Origin: an uncultured Gammaproteobacteria bacterium
GTDB taxonomy: Bacteria; Patescibacteriota; Microgenomatia; UBA10105; UBA927
Direction of reading: 5' to 3'
DNA: 64,000 bases
NCBI GenBank assembly: GCA_964629685.1
Contig: CAZVTT010000001.1
Coordinates: 176,627 to 240,626, forward strand
Shown here piece by piece: positions 1-9,888 of this stretch (the stretch's first letter is position 1; each line of letters begins with the position of its first letter). The notes under the pieces were generated by a model. That model ran no database searches. It had not been told where the DNA came from and worked only from the letters and a program-made list of their open reading frames with translations. A program made the translations under genes and the position numbers.

Positions 1-2
1 CA

Positions 3-419
3 TTACTTAAGCTTAAGACATCGCTGTTAAAGCGATACCCCCGACTTAAAATAGTAGGCATGTTTGCTCCTCCTTTCCGCAACCAAACGCATAATGAAAA
101 GAAAAAAGTACGATCTGACATAAACCGGGTTAATCCGAACATCGTATTCATTGGTCTGAGCACTCCAAAACAAGAATACTGGATGTCAGAAAACCATAAT
201 GCCCTGAATGCAAATATGTTAATTGGTGTAGGTGCGGCATTTGATTTTATTGCCGGAACTGTACCGCAGGCTCCCCCATGGGTACGTGAAGCGGGACTTG
301 AATGGAGTTTTCGTCTTCTACAGGAACCCAAACGCCTTTGGAAAAGATATTTGATCGGAAATACTAAATTTATTGCTATCCTGATTAAGGAAATGACAAA
401 AACCGCATTTGGCAATTAG
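3..419 (+). CDS. WecB/TagA/CpsF family glycosyltransferase (5'-truncated by window edge)
   Basis: Frame open from nt 3 (..RYPRLKIVGMFAPPF); motifs IGLSTPKQE, GVGAAFDF, GLEWSFRLLQEPKRLWKRY typical of GT26. Confidence 0.9.
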   Translation, partial: LLKLKTSLLKRYPRLKIVGMFAPPFRNQTHNEKKKVRSDINRVNPNIVFIGLSTPKQEYWMSENHNALNANMLIGVGAAFDFIAGTVPQAPPWVREAGLEWSFRLLQEPKRLWKRYLIGNTKFIAILIKEMTKTAFGN

Positions 420-444
420 AATACAATCTGTTATTCTTGGGTCT

Positions 445-1281
445 ATGAAAATCCAAAATTTACTCAGAAATCACACCAAAATCATCGATAATCAAGGCCG
501 CCTATTCGGAAAATATGATTTATTCGTACCATTATTCCTTCTCATCCTTCTTGTACTGGGATTTTTTGTTACCCGGGTCTTACTTCAAAAAGATACATAT
601 ATTACCGTTGAGCTTTTTGCCTCCGGAGGCGAATGGTGGTGGAATAATCCTCAGCCCCCGTATTGGCTAACCGATCCAATCCAGCCGGGAGCAAAAGAAT
701 TTGACGCTCAGGGAAATGTGCTTGCTGAAGTTCTCGATGTACGGAAATTTGAATCTGGTGAACGAAAAATGCTCTGGATTAAGGCAAAACTAAAAGTCAC
801 TCCTGCGAACAAGGCGAAACAATACAGATTCAGAAGAGAACCGATTCAAATTGGATCACTGGTTTATATAGCCCCCAACAATATTAAAATTTATACGAAT
901 GTAATGTGGGTGGAAGGCACTCCCGAAACCAGGACAGAAGAACAACACATAGTTACGTTAAAAGAATATGATGTTATCCCTTGGCACGCGGACGCAATAA
1001 AAGTGGGAGACACGATGAAAGATGACGACGGAAAAGTTCTAGTAGAAGTACTTGAAAAAAATTCCGTTCCGGCGGAAATGATAACAACTGACGACCGGGG
1101 CAATGTACTTGTACGATCAAATCCGCTGCGGAGGGACATCACTCTCAAACTAAAAATGACTACAGTTAAATCACGAAACAGAAACTACTTTTCATATTTC
1201 CAACCTATAAAGATCGGATTCTATATCTGGATTCCGTTTGAAAACACTAACTTCAGTGGGAATATTCTTGCTATCGACTAA
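445..1281 (+). CDS. Membrane-anchored protein with two DUF4330-like domains
   Basis: KIIDNQGRLFGK followed by one TM helix resembles the DUF4330 N-terminus; internal duplication (IQPGAKEFDAQGNVLAEV / IKVGDTMKDDDGKVLVEV). ATG at 445 follows TGt-TATTCT; the ORF track starts at 409. Confidence 0.6.
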   Translation: MKIQNLLRNHTKIIDNQGRLFGKYDLFVPLFLLILLVLGFFVTRVLLQKDTYITVELFASGGEWWWNNPQPPYWLTDPIQPGAKEFDAQGNVLAEVLDVRKFESGERKMLWIKAKLKVTPANKAKQYRFRREPIQIGSLVYIAPNNIKIYTNVMWVEGTPETRTEEQHIVTLKEYDVIPWHADAIKVGDTMKDDDGKVLVEVLEKNSVPAEMITTDDRGNVLVRSNPLRRDITLKLKMTTVKSRNRNYFSYFQPIKIGFYIWIPFENTNFSGNILAID

Positions 1282-2411
1282 CTAAGCTTGCAGAATACTT
1301 GGTGGAGATTAGTTGCTGTTGTATCCCATGAAAAGGGCTTTACTGCCAGAAAACCTTTTTGTATTAGGGCTTCTCGTTCCTGCACGCTAAGTTGCAAAAT
1401 TTTTCTCATCCTCATCACAACTTCTGCAGTACCATCTGAGGTAAGTAAGGAGTATTTACGCATTGAGGAAAGCAACCTGGGAAGAAATCCCATTTGGGTC
1501 ACGAGTACGGGAGTTCCGCACGCCAGACTCTCGAGCACCACCAGAGGCATCATTTCCTGCTTAGATAAAAGGACCAATAGATCGGACAGCTGATATAACT
1601 GGCGAATGTCCCGGTAATCCTGAATAAAATGAATGTTCGGTAGCTTTAACTGATTTTGCATCTGTCTTAGCGCAAGATGGTACTTTCGGGAATACTCATC
1701 GTAATACGGAGGATACGCGATAATAAGTCCGATGTCTGGAAGATTCAACTGTTTAAATGCAAGCAGCAATTCTTTCACACCCTTTTTCTCATCCATCCTT
1801 CCTACATACAGGAAAATCCGTTTATACGGGTAGTGCAGTTTACTGCGCAATTGTTTTTTTTTCATTTCACTAATAGGATAAAACGTTTTGGTAGAAACCC
1901 CGTTGGGAACAATAATAGTCTTAGTTTTGTACTTCATGAGTTTATATGCCTGTAAGAACTCATTCCGTGATATTTCTGATACAAAACAGATAACCGATGA
2001 AGCGCTTACGGCATACTTCTGGAGCCCGATAACAAGCTTGCTAAGTATACGGACATACAGACCTCGCACGTTATAGATAGGTAAACTTGTCGGGATAAAT
2101 CGCTGATCCCCGTGAAGGTGAAACACCGATGGGACATTTCTCAAACGAGAAAACGTTTTGGCCACAGAAAAGGTGTACATCGCAGAATATATACAACTCA
2201 CGTCGCTTACTTTCTGAAAGAGTTTCCAAAAATCAACAATAGACCAAGTTAAATTTCTAAAAAATGAGAACTTACCGTTAAATCGGTTTGGCGGTTGCTT
2301 ATGAATAATAAGCGTATCTTGAGGGAACAACCTCACATAAGTGTCAATTATCGCTTCCGTAGCAACTTTCGAACCACTTGGAACATCCTGATAAAGGATT
2401 AGCACTTTCAC
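1278..2411 (-). CDS. Glycosyltransferase family 4
   Basis: IVPNGV, YVGRMDEKKG, EMMPLVVLESLACGTPV (EX7E motif). Confidence 0.88.
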   Translation of the reverse strand: MKVLILYQDVPSGSKVATEAIIDTYVRLFPQDTLIIHKQPPNRFNGKFSFFRNLTWSIVDFWKLFQKVSDVSCIYSAMYTFSVAKTFSRLRNVPSVFHLHGDQRFIPTSLPIYNVRGLYVRILSKLVIGLQKYAVSASSVICFVSEISRNEFLQAYKLMKYKTKTIIVPNGVSTKTFYPISEMKKKQLRSKLHYPYKRIFLYVGRMDEKKGVKELLLAFKQLNLPDIGLIIAYPPYYDEYSRKYHLALRQMQNQLKLPNIHFIQDYRDIRQLYQLSDLLVLLSKQEMMPLVVLESLACGTPVLVTQMGFLPRLLSSMRKYSLLTSDGTAEVVMRMRKILQLSVQEREALIQKGFLAVKPFSWDTTATNLHQVFCKLS

Positions 2412-3484
2412 ACTATCGTACTCCCTTTTAATGCTTCATCCTCAGTAAAATCTACAGCTACATTTCGGATGTGATCAAGTATTTCTTTTCTGACTTTTGT
2501 TTCATTTACACTTCGTTCTCTACCCTTATGGAGTAAATACGAAAACGAAGGCGACGTACGTTGCTGCTCTGCGGAGACTGATAATTGATACGTGATTTTT
2601 CCGGATACTGTTGAAGCATATAGCTGTGTATCCGCGGTTAAAAGCATATGGAGTTTGCCCGAAATAGCCATCATTTCTTTGGGAGTAATGGCATATCCCT
2701 GACCAAGATTTTCTACATTTCTGTTATGGACATGGGTCAAGAATCCTCTACCTGACGTTGTAAGAACCCGGGTAATTTCCTCTACCACGTACTTTTTCTT
2801 CACAAAATACATAAAGCAATCGTTACATGTTATAGCGGTTAACGATGACGAATTAAAGGGTAATCCCAAATTCACGTCGCAGCAGATTAGCAATACCGAT
2901 GGTTTAACCACAAAATTCCTGGCCAGGTACAAGAGGTTGAATGAAGTATCAATACCGATAAGTGAACGGATATGTAACTCAGATGCTTTCGCAAGAAAGT
3001 TACCAGTCCCACAACCCACGTCAACCAAGACGTCGGTTTTTTTCATACTGGATAGTGTCAGGAGTGAAAGCATGTAGGTAGCCCGTCTGTTACGATTGCG
3101 CAAGTACGTATACCACGGTTTCTGACCTGGTGAAAGAACTGATAGCAATGACAAAAAAGATAAATAAGAACTAATTTTCCTTATGAGCGGTATTTCAAGT
3201 AAAATATATGTCCAACGAATCCATCGTCTGTCTTCTATAAGTCTACGCACAGCTTTTAGACCATTACCGTGTCTCAACTCGCTAATAACCTGTTGATTTA
3301 ATCTGGTTGGATCCTTTTTCAAATATAATATTCCGTGTAGCAATGGATACGCATCGCAGGCGCAGGAAACCACACCGGAGATACTCCCCTCTCCTGTGAA
3401 AAAGAATCGCTCAGTTATGGAGAGTAAATGCTCACAATAGGGGCATCGTAATAATGGAATAATTGCTTCAATCTGTTTAGCCAT
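2408..3484 (-). CDS. SAM-dependent methyltransferase with N-terminal Cys (Trm112-like/Zn) module
   Basis: LLRCPYC...CACDAYP at N-terminus; VDVGCGTG motif I; GIDTS motif II. Confidence 0.75.
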   Translation of the reverse strand: MAKQIEAIIPLLRCPYCEHLLSITERFFFTGEGSISGVVSCACDAYPLLHGILYLKKDPTRLNQQVISELRHGNGLKAVRRLIEDRRWIRWTYILLEIPLIRKISSYLSFLSLLSVLSPGQKPWYTYLRNRNRRATYMLSLLTLSSMKKTDVLVDVGCGTGNFLAKASELHIRSLIGIDTSFNLLYLARNFVVKPSVLLICCDVNLGLPFNSSSLTAITCNDCFMYFVKKKYVVEEITRVLTTSGRGFLTHVHNRNVENLGQGYAITPKEMMAISGKLHMLLTADTQLYASTVSGKITYQLSVSAEQQRTSPSFSYLLHKGRERSVNETKVRKEILDHIRNVAVDFTEDEALKGSTIV

Positions 3485-4241
3485 TGTTTGCTGTATAGTA
3501 CATTTCGTAAAGATTATCTGCGGTAGATAAACCGCTTTTTACTAATCCGCGAATCTGACTTTTATATTTCCCGATTGCCATGATCTTCTTCCTTCCATAA
3601 TCACCGGTAGGCAGAACGTTATGGCCAATAATGCTTGCATTAATTGAGCTTAAGTATGCCAATCTGGAAAATATTTGTATAGAATTAGATCTATATGGTA
3701 CGTCTTCCCAGTACGTAATTCGGTTTCCGAAGGTTCGACGCCCAGCGTTAAAAGTCACCAAGTGATCCACGTGATTACCCACTCCTAACGGCAGATATAT
3801 TTCGGTTTCGTCACGAACACTCGTTAACATAAATTGACGCAATGCTCTTGTTACTTCTTCTTCGAAGATTGCATCCTCCCGGGAGATATTGCCGGAAAAA
3901 ACTGATTTAAACGAGTCGTATATAAGCTTACCTGACTTATTTTTTCTGAAAATTGCATCGGTAAAACCTCCGTGTACATATGCACTACCGAGTAACGATA
4001 ACGCTTTCCTATCCTCTTCCTTTCTACTACGGAACAATGCATCTGCATCACTACTTCCTGAATCATGCAAAAATTTTTGCGCGTCCTCGGAGTATCTCCC
4101 CATACACCCTTCCGTAATAACCGTATAAACGCATACCCGTTTTTTTTTTCGACTGTAAGCGGAAATCATGCCGCCGGCGGAAAGCACGGCATCATCCAGG
4201 TGGGGTGAAATAAACAGAGCATCGTAAAACATAAGCCTCAT
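3477..4241 (-). CDS. PIG-L/LmbE family deacetylase
   Basis: ISPHLDDAVLSAGG and GNHVDH metal motifs; YKSQI. Confidence 0.9.
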   Translation of the reverse strand: MRLMFYDALFISPHLDDAVLSAGGMISAYSRKKKRVCVYTVITEGCMGRYSEDAQKFLHDSGSSDADALFRSRKEEDRKALSLLGSAYVHGGFTDAIFRKNKSGKLIYDSFKSVFSGNISREDAIFEEEVTRALRQFMLTSVRDETEIYLPLGVGNHVDHLVTFNAGRRTFGNRITYWEDVPYRSNSIQIFSRLAYLSSINASIIGHNVLPTGDYGRKKIMAIGKYKSQIRGLVKSGLSTADNLYEMYYTANNG

Positions 4242-4332
4242 CTATTAAGAAATTGATCATAATGATATTATATAGACGCTAAAATAGGAATTAGGGGCTT
4301 TATATTGCGAAATTTTCTTCTATAAATCATCT

Positions 4333-5625
4333 ATGAAACAGCTTTCAGTATTTTGGTCTTACCTACGAACCCATGTAACTCTGTTTGTATTTCCTGCCTT
4401 ACTGATCATGTTTGTATTGGGATATTTTGAATCATTACGGTGGCCGCTACCCGGACCAAAAGCCACACATGGATTCTTGAAAGCTCTTTTTCTCGGACTA
4501 GTTTTTATTTTAATTTTTTTCCGTACCGAGTTTAAGCAAACGAAGCACAAAATACAAAATTTACTGCTTCTTTTCTATTCTTTTGCATATGTACTTTCTT
4601 CTCTGTTTTCTCAGTCACCGGGGACATCATTTCTCAATCTATGGTATCCACTAATTTCCGCAACCATTATAATTTCATTTTCAAAAATCACACTCAAACA
4701 AAAACATATATATATCTTTATTTCAATTTGTGCATTATTAATCCTTACCACCTTCGTATTTGCCTTCTTTTCGATTTTCTATAGATATAGCGTTGACAAC
4801 CTCTATTACTTTATTTTTTTGGATCATAGAGCCAACTATTTTTTGAGTGAGCTGAGAAACTTCGGTAAATATGTCAGTCTGGGACCTTATATTATGCTTG
4901 CACCTCTTTGTTTTATCTTCCTTGTTCAGAAGCATTCATCACTTGCCCGGAGAATATTTTCACTTGGGATAATATTAATGACGACGATCACGGCTGTAAT
5001 AAGCAACAACCGTATCGACGTACTAATTATGGCGATACATTTTTCAATCCTGTTGTTTTTGGTTCCCCGCCGGACTGCCGTAATTATTTTAGCAATAGTT
5101 ATCCCGTTGGTTACATTTAGCCTATCGGTTTCGCAAATTTATTACGGTTTCAACTTGGCTGAGCGAATCCTTACGCCGAAAATAGAACGCGATCTGGAAA
5201 CAATAGATATGCGTTTTACGTATTGGCAAACGGCACTCTATAATTTCCGCAATTATCCGTTGGTGGGCTCCGGACCTAACTCGTATAACGATGTGAGTGA
5301 TTTCCCGTTGCGGCACTATTACGATCCCGGAACAAGACAATACACCGTACGTGCAGACGAAGGAATAGGCATTCACAATATTTTTATAGAACGACTCTCT
5401 GATACCGGACTGATTGGCTTCTCTGCGTTTATAGCGATACTGTTTTTCTTTTTAAGAACGGATGTCATCCGATTCATTAATTTTGATCCGGAAAAAAGAA
5501 AAGTATATCTGCTGTTTGCGCTTTCCTCCTGGACCTGGATCTTGTACGGAGTTACGGATAATGGCTATGGCGCTCAAGGCATGGTTACATTTTTCGTCCT
5601 GCGCGGTATAGTAAATCACCTATGA
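4333..5625 (+). CDS. O-antigen ligase/polymerase (Wzy_C)-like membrane protein
   Basis: Many TM segments; R..YWQTAL..FRNYPLVGSGP; IHNIFIERLSDTGLIG. Confidence 0.8.
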   Translation: MKQLSVFWSYLRTHVTLFVFPALLIMFVLGYFESLRWPLPGPKATHGFLKALFLGLVFILIFFRTEFKQTKHKIQNLLLLFYSFAYVLSSLFSQSPGTSFLNLWYPLISATIIISFSKITLKQKHIYIFISICALLILTTFVFAFFSIFYRYSVDNLYYFIFLDHRANYFLSELRNFGKYVSLGPYIMLAPLCFIFLVQKHSSLARRIFSLGIILMTTITAVISNNRIDVLIMAIHFSILLFLVPRRTAVIILAIVIPLVTFSLSVSQIYYGFNLAERILTPKIERDLETIDMRFTYWQTALYNFRNYPLVGSGPNSYNDVSDFPLRHYYDPGTRQYTVRADEGIGIHNIFIERLSDTGLIGFSAFIAILFFFLRTDVIRFINFDPEKRKVYLLFALSSWTWILYGVTDNGYGAQGMVTFFVLRGIVNHL

Positions 5626-6719
5626 GGGTAGCCATCATCCACGACAGCCTTGTTGAGCTTGGTGGTGCAGAGCGGGTACTCTGGACATTTCTAAAAATAT
5701 TTCCCTCTGCAGACCTTTATATACCGTTGATCTCTCAGCAAAAACTCAATGCACTCAGAGAAGTATACACTGGTCGCATTTATTCGCTTCCGTTCAAATT
5801 CCCCTTCCCTCGCATTGCCAGTTATTTTAAACCCTTTCTATATTTCTATTGGGAACTGTTAAATTTAAATGATTACGACCTTGTTATTTCTTCATCTCAC
5901 TCTTTTTCATCAAAATCCGTAATTACCTCCCCCCATACGCTGCATATTTCATACATCTATACACCTCCCAGATATCTTTACTCTGAATTTAATGAAATGA
6001 CAGGATTACGGCGACCAGTCGTAAAGACTCTGACGATTTTACTATTCTCCTGGTTACGCGTGTGGGACTATATTGGTGCACAAAGACCGGATGTAATAAT
6101 CGCAATTTCACAAACTGTAGCCCGTAGAATAAAAAAGTATTACAGAAGAGACTGTCAGGTAATATATCCACCCTGTACTCTCCCTAAACCCTTTAACACT
6201 CGAAATAAAAAGGATGAATATTTCTTAGTAGTATCCAGGCTGGCAAAACAGAAAGGTATAGAACTGGCAATAGAAGCCTGCAATCAACTGAAGTTAAGAC
6301 TTCTGGTTGTAGGTGAGGGCGCTAATGCCAAATATTTGCGGAAAATTGCCGGTACAACGGTTGCGTTTACCGGAAGAGTATCGGATAAACAATTGGATGC
6401 AATCTATCTGAATGCAAAGGCTCTTATATACTGCTCTGTGGAAGAAGATTTCGGAATCGTTCCGGTAGAAGCTATGGCGCATGGAGTACCCGTAATTGCA
6501 TACAATTCCGGAGCGACTGCGGAGACAGTACTACCCGGAGAAACCGGAATATTCTTTAATGAGTATTCAGTAGAAAGCTTAAACTCTGCCATTAAGCAAT
6601 TTAATCATATGCAATTCTCCGCTTCTGTCTGTATACGTCAAGCGAACAAATTTTCCGAAACTAAATTCATTACGCAATTGCAAACACTTATTCGCAAACA
6701 TATTCCACAATATACCTAA
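5622..6719 (+). CDS. Glycosyltransferase family 4
   Basis: HDSLVELGGAERV; EEDFGIVPVEAMAHGVPVIA. Confidence 0.92.
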   Translation: MRVAIIHDSLVELGGAERVLWTFLKIFPSADLYIPLISQQKLNALREVYTGRIYSLPFKFPFPRIASYFKPFLYFYWELLNLNDYDLVISSSHSFSSKSVITSPHTLHISYIYTPPRYLYSEFNEMTGLRRPVVKTLTILLFSWLRVWDYIGAQRPDVIIAISQTVARRIKKYYRRDCQVIYPPCTLPKPFNTRNKKDEYFLVVSRLAKQKGIELAIEACNQLKLRLLVVGEGANAKYLRKIAGTTVAFTGRVSDKQLDAIYLNAKALIYCSVEEDFGIVPVEAMAHGVPVIAYNSGATAETVLPGETGIFFNEYSVESLNSAIKQFNHMQFSASVCIRQANKFSETKFITQLQTLIRKHIPQYT

Positions 6720-6724
6720 AATAT

Positions 6725-7822
6725 ATGAAAGTTTTAATTGTCCACGATGTATACGAAGAGTTGGGCGGTGCGGAACGGGTCTTAGATAAACTCATTAAGA
6801 TGTATCCTTCTGCAGATGTCTTTATAGGATTAAGCAACAATAACCGGATAGAAATGCTAAAGAAAAAAACAAATGGTCAGGTTACTGTTTCACGATTGAG
6901 TAGTATCTGGCCATTAAGCCATGCTTCGATATTACTGAAACCATTTCTATACCTCATGTGGGAACTCCGGAACTTTTCAGAATACGACCTGATAATTTCT
7001 TCTTCACATCTGTATTCAGCCAAGTCACTTATCTCACCGCCGAATACTTTGCACGTATCTTATATCCATACGCCGCCAAAATATCTGTATTCTGAATATA
7101 ATGAATCCAGAATTCTTCGGAATAAATTATTCAGGGTATTGCTGTCTCCCCTGCTTTCATGGCTAAGGGTAATGGATTTTATAGGTGCCCAAAGACCGGA
7201 TGTGCTTATAGCAAATTCTGAAATAGTACGTAAGAGAATAAAAAAATATTACCGCCGGGATAGTGTGGTTATTTATCCACCGGTTACCATTCCCGCTTCT
7301 TTACCGAAAACAATCAAACAAAAATATTATCTGTGCCTTTCACGGTTGACTGAACAAAAAGGCATCGATTTAGCCGTACGGGCCTGCTCTCAGGCGAACC
7401 TTCCGCTCGTAGTGGTAGGAGAGGGATCGGAAATGACATATCTCAAATCTATTGCCGGACCCTCAGTTCATTTTCTCGGAAGAATACCTGATAATGAACT
7501 AGCGCACATCTATGCAGGAGCCAAAGCACTCATCTATTGCTCCATAGACGAAGATTTCGGAATTGTACCTGTTGAAGCCATGGGGTACGGGGTGCCCATC
7601 ATCGGATTCCGTTCCGGTGCAATATCAGAAACGGTAATTCACGGCAAAACCGGCGTATTGTTTACCGATTTCTCACGTGAAGGACTTCTGGATGCAATAG
7701 TTCAGCTAGAATCACTGAAGGTTAAAGTGAAAGTCTGCAGAAACCAGGCAAAAAAATTTACAGATGATAATTTTGCTCGGAGTATACGTATGTCGGTATG
7801 CAACGCAATAAGTGGTAACTAA
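6725..7822 (+). CDS. Glycosyltransferase family 4 (paralog of upstream gene)
   Basis: HDVYEELGGAERV; DEDFGIVPVEAMGYGVPII; same 365-aa length. Confidence 0.92.
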   Translation: MKVLIVHDVYEELGGAERVLDKLIKMYPSADVFIGLSNNNRIEMLKKKTNGQVTVSRLSSIWPLSHASILLKPFLYLMWELRNFSEYDLIISSSHLYSAKSLISPPNTLHVSYIHTPPKYLYSEYNESRILRNKLFRVLLSPLLSWLRVMDFIGAQRPDVLIANSEIVRKRIKKYYRRDSVVIYPPVTIPASLPKTIKQKYYLCLSRLTEQKGIDLAVRACSQANLPLVVVGEGSEMTYLKSIAGPSVHFLGRIPDNELAHIYAGAKALIYCSIDEDFGIVPVEAMGYGVPIIGFRSGAISETVIHGKTGVLFTDFSREGLLDAIVQLESLKVKVKVCRNQAKKFTDDNFARSIRMSVCNAISGN

Positions 7823-7839
7823 AAAATAAACATCACAGT

Positions 7840-9888
7840 ATGAAAGTATTTCATTGGCTTCAGGGAATAGTATTATTCATAATATTCGCATCTTTACCCA
7901 TTTTCCTCTACTTTTCTCCAACCTTAGTAAACAGTGAGAACCTCATGTTAAAGGACAGTGATTCCTATTATTTTGTCCATCGAGCACATTACCTTGCAAC
8001 TCAGTTTAAGTCTCAAGATATATTTGGTCCTTCGAGATCCCTGTTCTATCCGGATCGATTTATGATTTTCTACGACGGTGGACTAATATATTCTGCTATC
8101 TATATTCTGTTACAAAAAGCAGTCATAAATGTTGTCCTAGCCTACAATCTTATGATACCCGTAGTTCTGGGTCTTGCAGGATTGACAATGTATTTTACGG
8201 TATTTAAGTTAACTCGGAATAAATTTTCGGCATTCGTCTCTGGATTTCTTTTTTCCTATAATCCAATCTCTGTTTCTCTTTATTGGGCACCCAATCTCTT
8301 GTCCGGGTATGCTCTCATTCCGTTAATGATCCACATCCTCATTGGGGAAGTATCATCTAAAAAATCATTCTCCTTTTCATTGGCAACAATCCTATTTGTT
8401 ATTGTGGGACTTGCATCCGTTCAAGTTTGGATGATGTCGGCACTGTTAATCTTCGGATTTATAATATTTCAGTTGCTACATCGAAGATATATATCCGCAC
8501 GATCAGTAAGCGTCTCGTATTTACTCTCTGCTATCATTTTATCCCCTCTCCTTATCTATCACAGCGTTTATTCAAATTTGTACGACATCCATAGAGACCT
8601 AGGGGGAATTATTGCCGGAAGCTTAAAGCTATGGGAAATACCACACTGGTTTATACCTTATTGTAAATCGATCGGTAACGACATAGCCACAAGTGTAAAC
8701 CCTAACATTCCATGTTCCACTAATGAGTACTTTTGGCTCGGCATCTCCCTGACAGGATTAATGGTTATTATGATTAGTTACTTACTTATAAGAAGAAAAA
8801 ATGTACATATCACCAAAGAAAACAGTTATCTGCTAACATTGTTTTTACTTTTTCTGTTTTTCGCATTTGGCCCAATTATCAAATTGAATTCTACATCAAT
8901 ATTTACACCCTATTATCTCCTTTTTATTATTTCACCACTAAACAGTATTAGAATTCCATCAAGATTTCTCTACTTCAACATAGCAATACTATGCATATGG
9001 ATTGGTTTGCTTGTCTTTCAGTTTCAAAAACTAACTAATTTCAAAAAAATATTTCTCCTAGTAATACTCATCGCATTAATAGCATATAGTATAGAGTCTC
9101 GCTACAGATTACCACCGAACTATAAACGACAACCAGCACCGTCCCAACAAGTATGGAAAGAACTCTCAAAGCCCTTATATTCGAAATATATTCTTTTTCC
9201 TATTTCTCCGTTTACAAATCCAGAACAACCTAATCCAATAGAGGCAACCGAATTTTTTGAACAGCTAGTACACCAAAAAGCTACGGTTTGGGGTTATCCG
9301 GGTTTTATGTCAGAAGCCAGTAGAAATTTACTTGAATATCTACTATTTACTGAATTGAAATATAACACAATAAAGGGGCTAGCCCTACTTGATATAGATA
9401 CAATTGTAGTAAATAAAAAAACGTATCACTTATTTGAGTTATTGCGGGATATACCGGGACTCATTAAGACATACGAAGATGAAACATATCTCATTTATTC
9501 AATTAACCTATCTGAGCTTAAACCGGTGGCAGCAACTCCATCCAATTTATCATTCGAATGTATTATAACCTCCGATAACAAACAAATAGAAGACTATCCA
9601 AACTATCCATTTCAGCTTACTCTAAAAATTTATAACAACAGTACCAATCCTTTTGTTCAAAAGAAACCACAGGAAAAAGTTCAACTTAATATTACTACCA
9701 CAAATCGGCATCTGAATAGACAATCAAGTTATCTTCAATTACCATTTCTTATTCCCCCGCACTCCTATGGTTACGCGACTACACGTTTAAAACGCTTACC
9801 GGATCAAATAAAGGATACTACACTGGTAGGTTCTAATATCTATCTTACCCAAGCAATTCGTTGTTCCGTCCAGTTTTTAGAATACTAA
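7840..9888 (+). CDS. Polytopic membrane protein, GT-C/YfhO-like glycosyltransferase
   Basis: D(S)D-containing first loop, many TM helices, SIRIPSRF motif, soluble C-terminal domain. Confidence 0.6.
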   Translation: MKVFHWLQGIVLFIIFASLPIFLYFSPTLVNSENLMLKDSDSYYFVHRAHYLATQFKSQDIFGPSRSLFYPDRFMIFYDGGLIYSAIYILLQKAVINVVLAYNLMIPVVLGLAGLTMYFTVFKLTRNKFSAFVSGFLFSYNPISVSLYWAPNLLSGYALIPLMIHILIGEVSSKKSFSFSLATILFVIVGLASVQVWMMSALLIFGFIIFQLLHRRYISARSVSVSYLLSAIILSPLLIYHSVYSNLYDIHRDLGGIIAGSLKLWEIPHWFIPYCKSIGNDIATSVNPNIPCSTNEYFWLGISLTGLMVIMISYLLIRRKNVHITKENSYLLTLFLLFLFFAFGPIIKLNSTSIFTPYYLLFIISPLNSIRIPSRFLYFNIAILCIWIGLLVFQFQKLTNFKKIFLLVILIALIAYSIESRYRLPPNYKRQPAPSQQVWKELSKPLYSKYILFPISPFTNPEQPNPIEATEFFEQLVHQKATVWGYPGFMSEASRNLLEYLLFTELKYNTIKGLALLDIDTIVVNKKTYHLFELLRDIPGLIKTYEDETYLIYSINLSELKPVAATPSNLSFECIITSDNKQIEDYPNYPFQLTLKIYNNSTNPFVQKKPQEKVQLNITTTNRHLNRQSSYLQLPFLIPPHSYGYATTRLKRLPDQIKDTTLVGSNIYLTQAIRCSVQFLEY

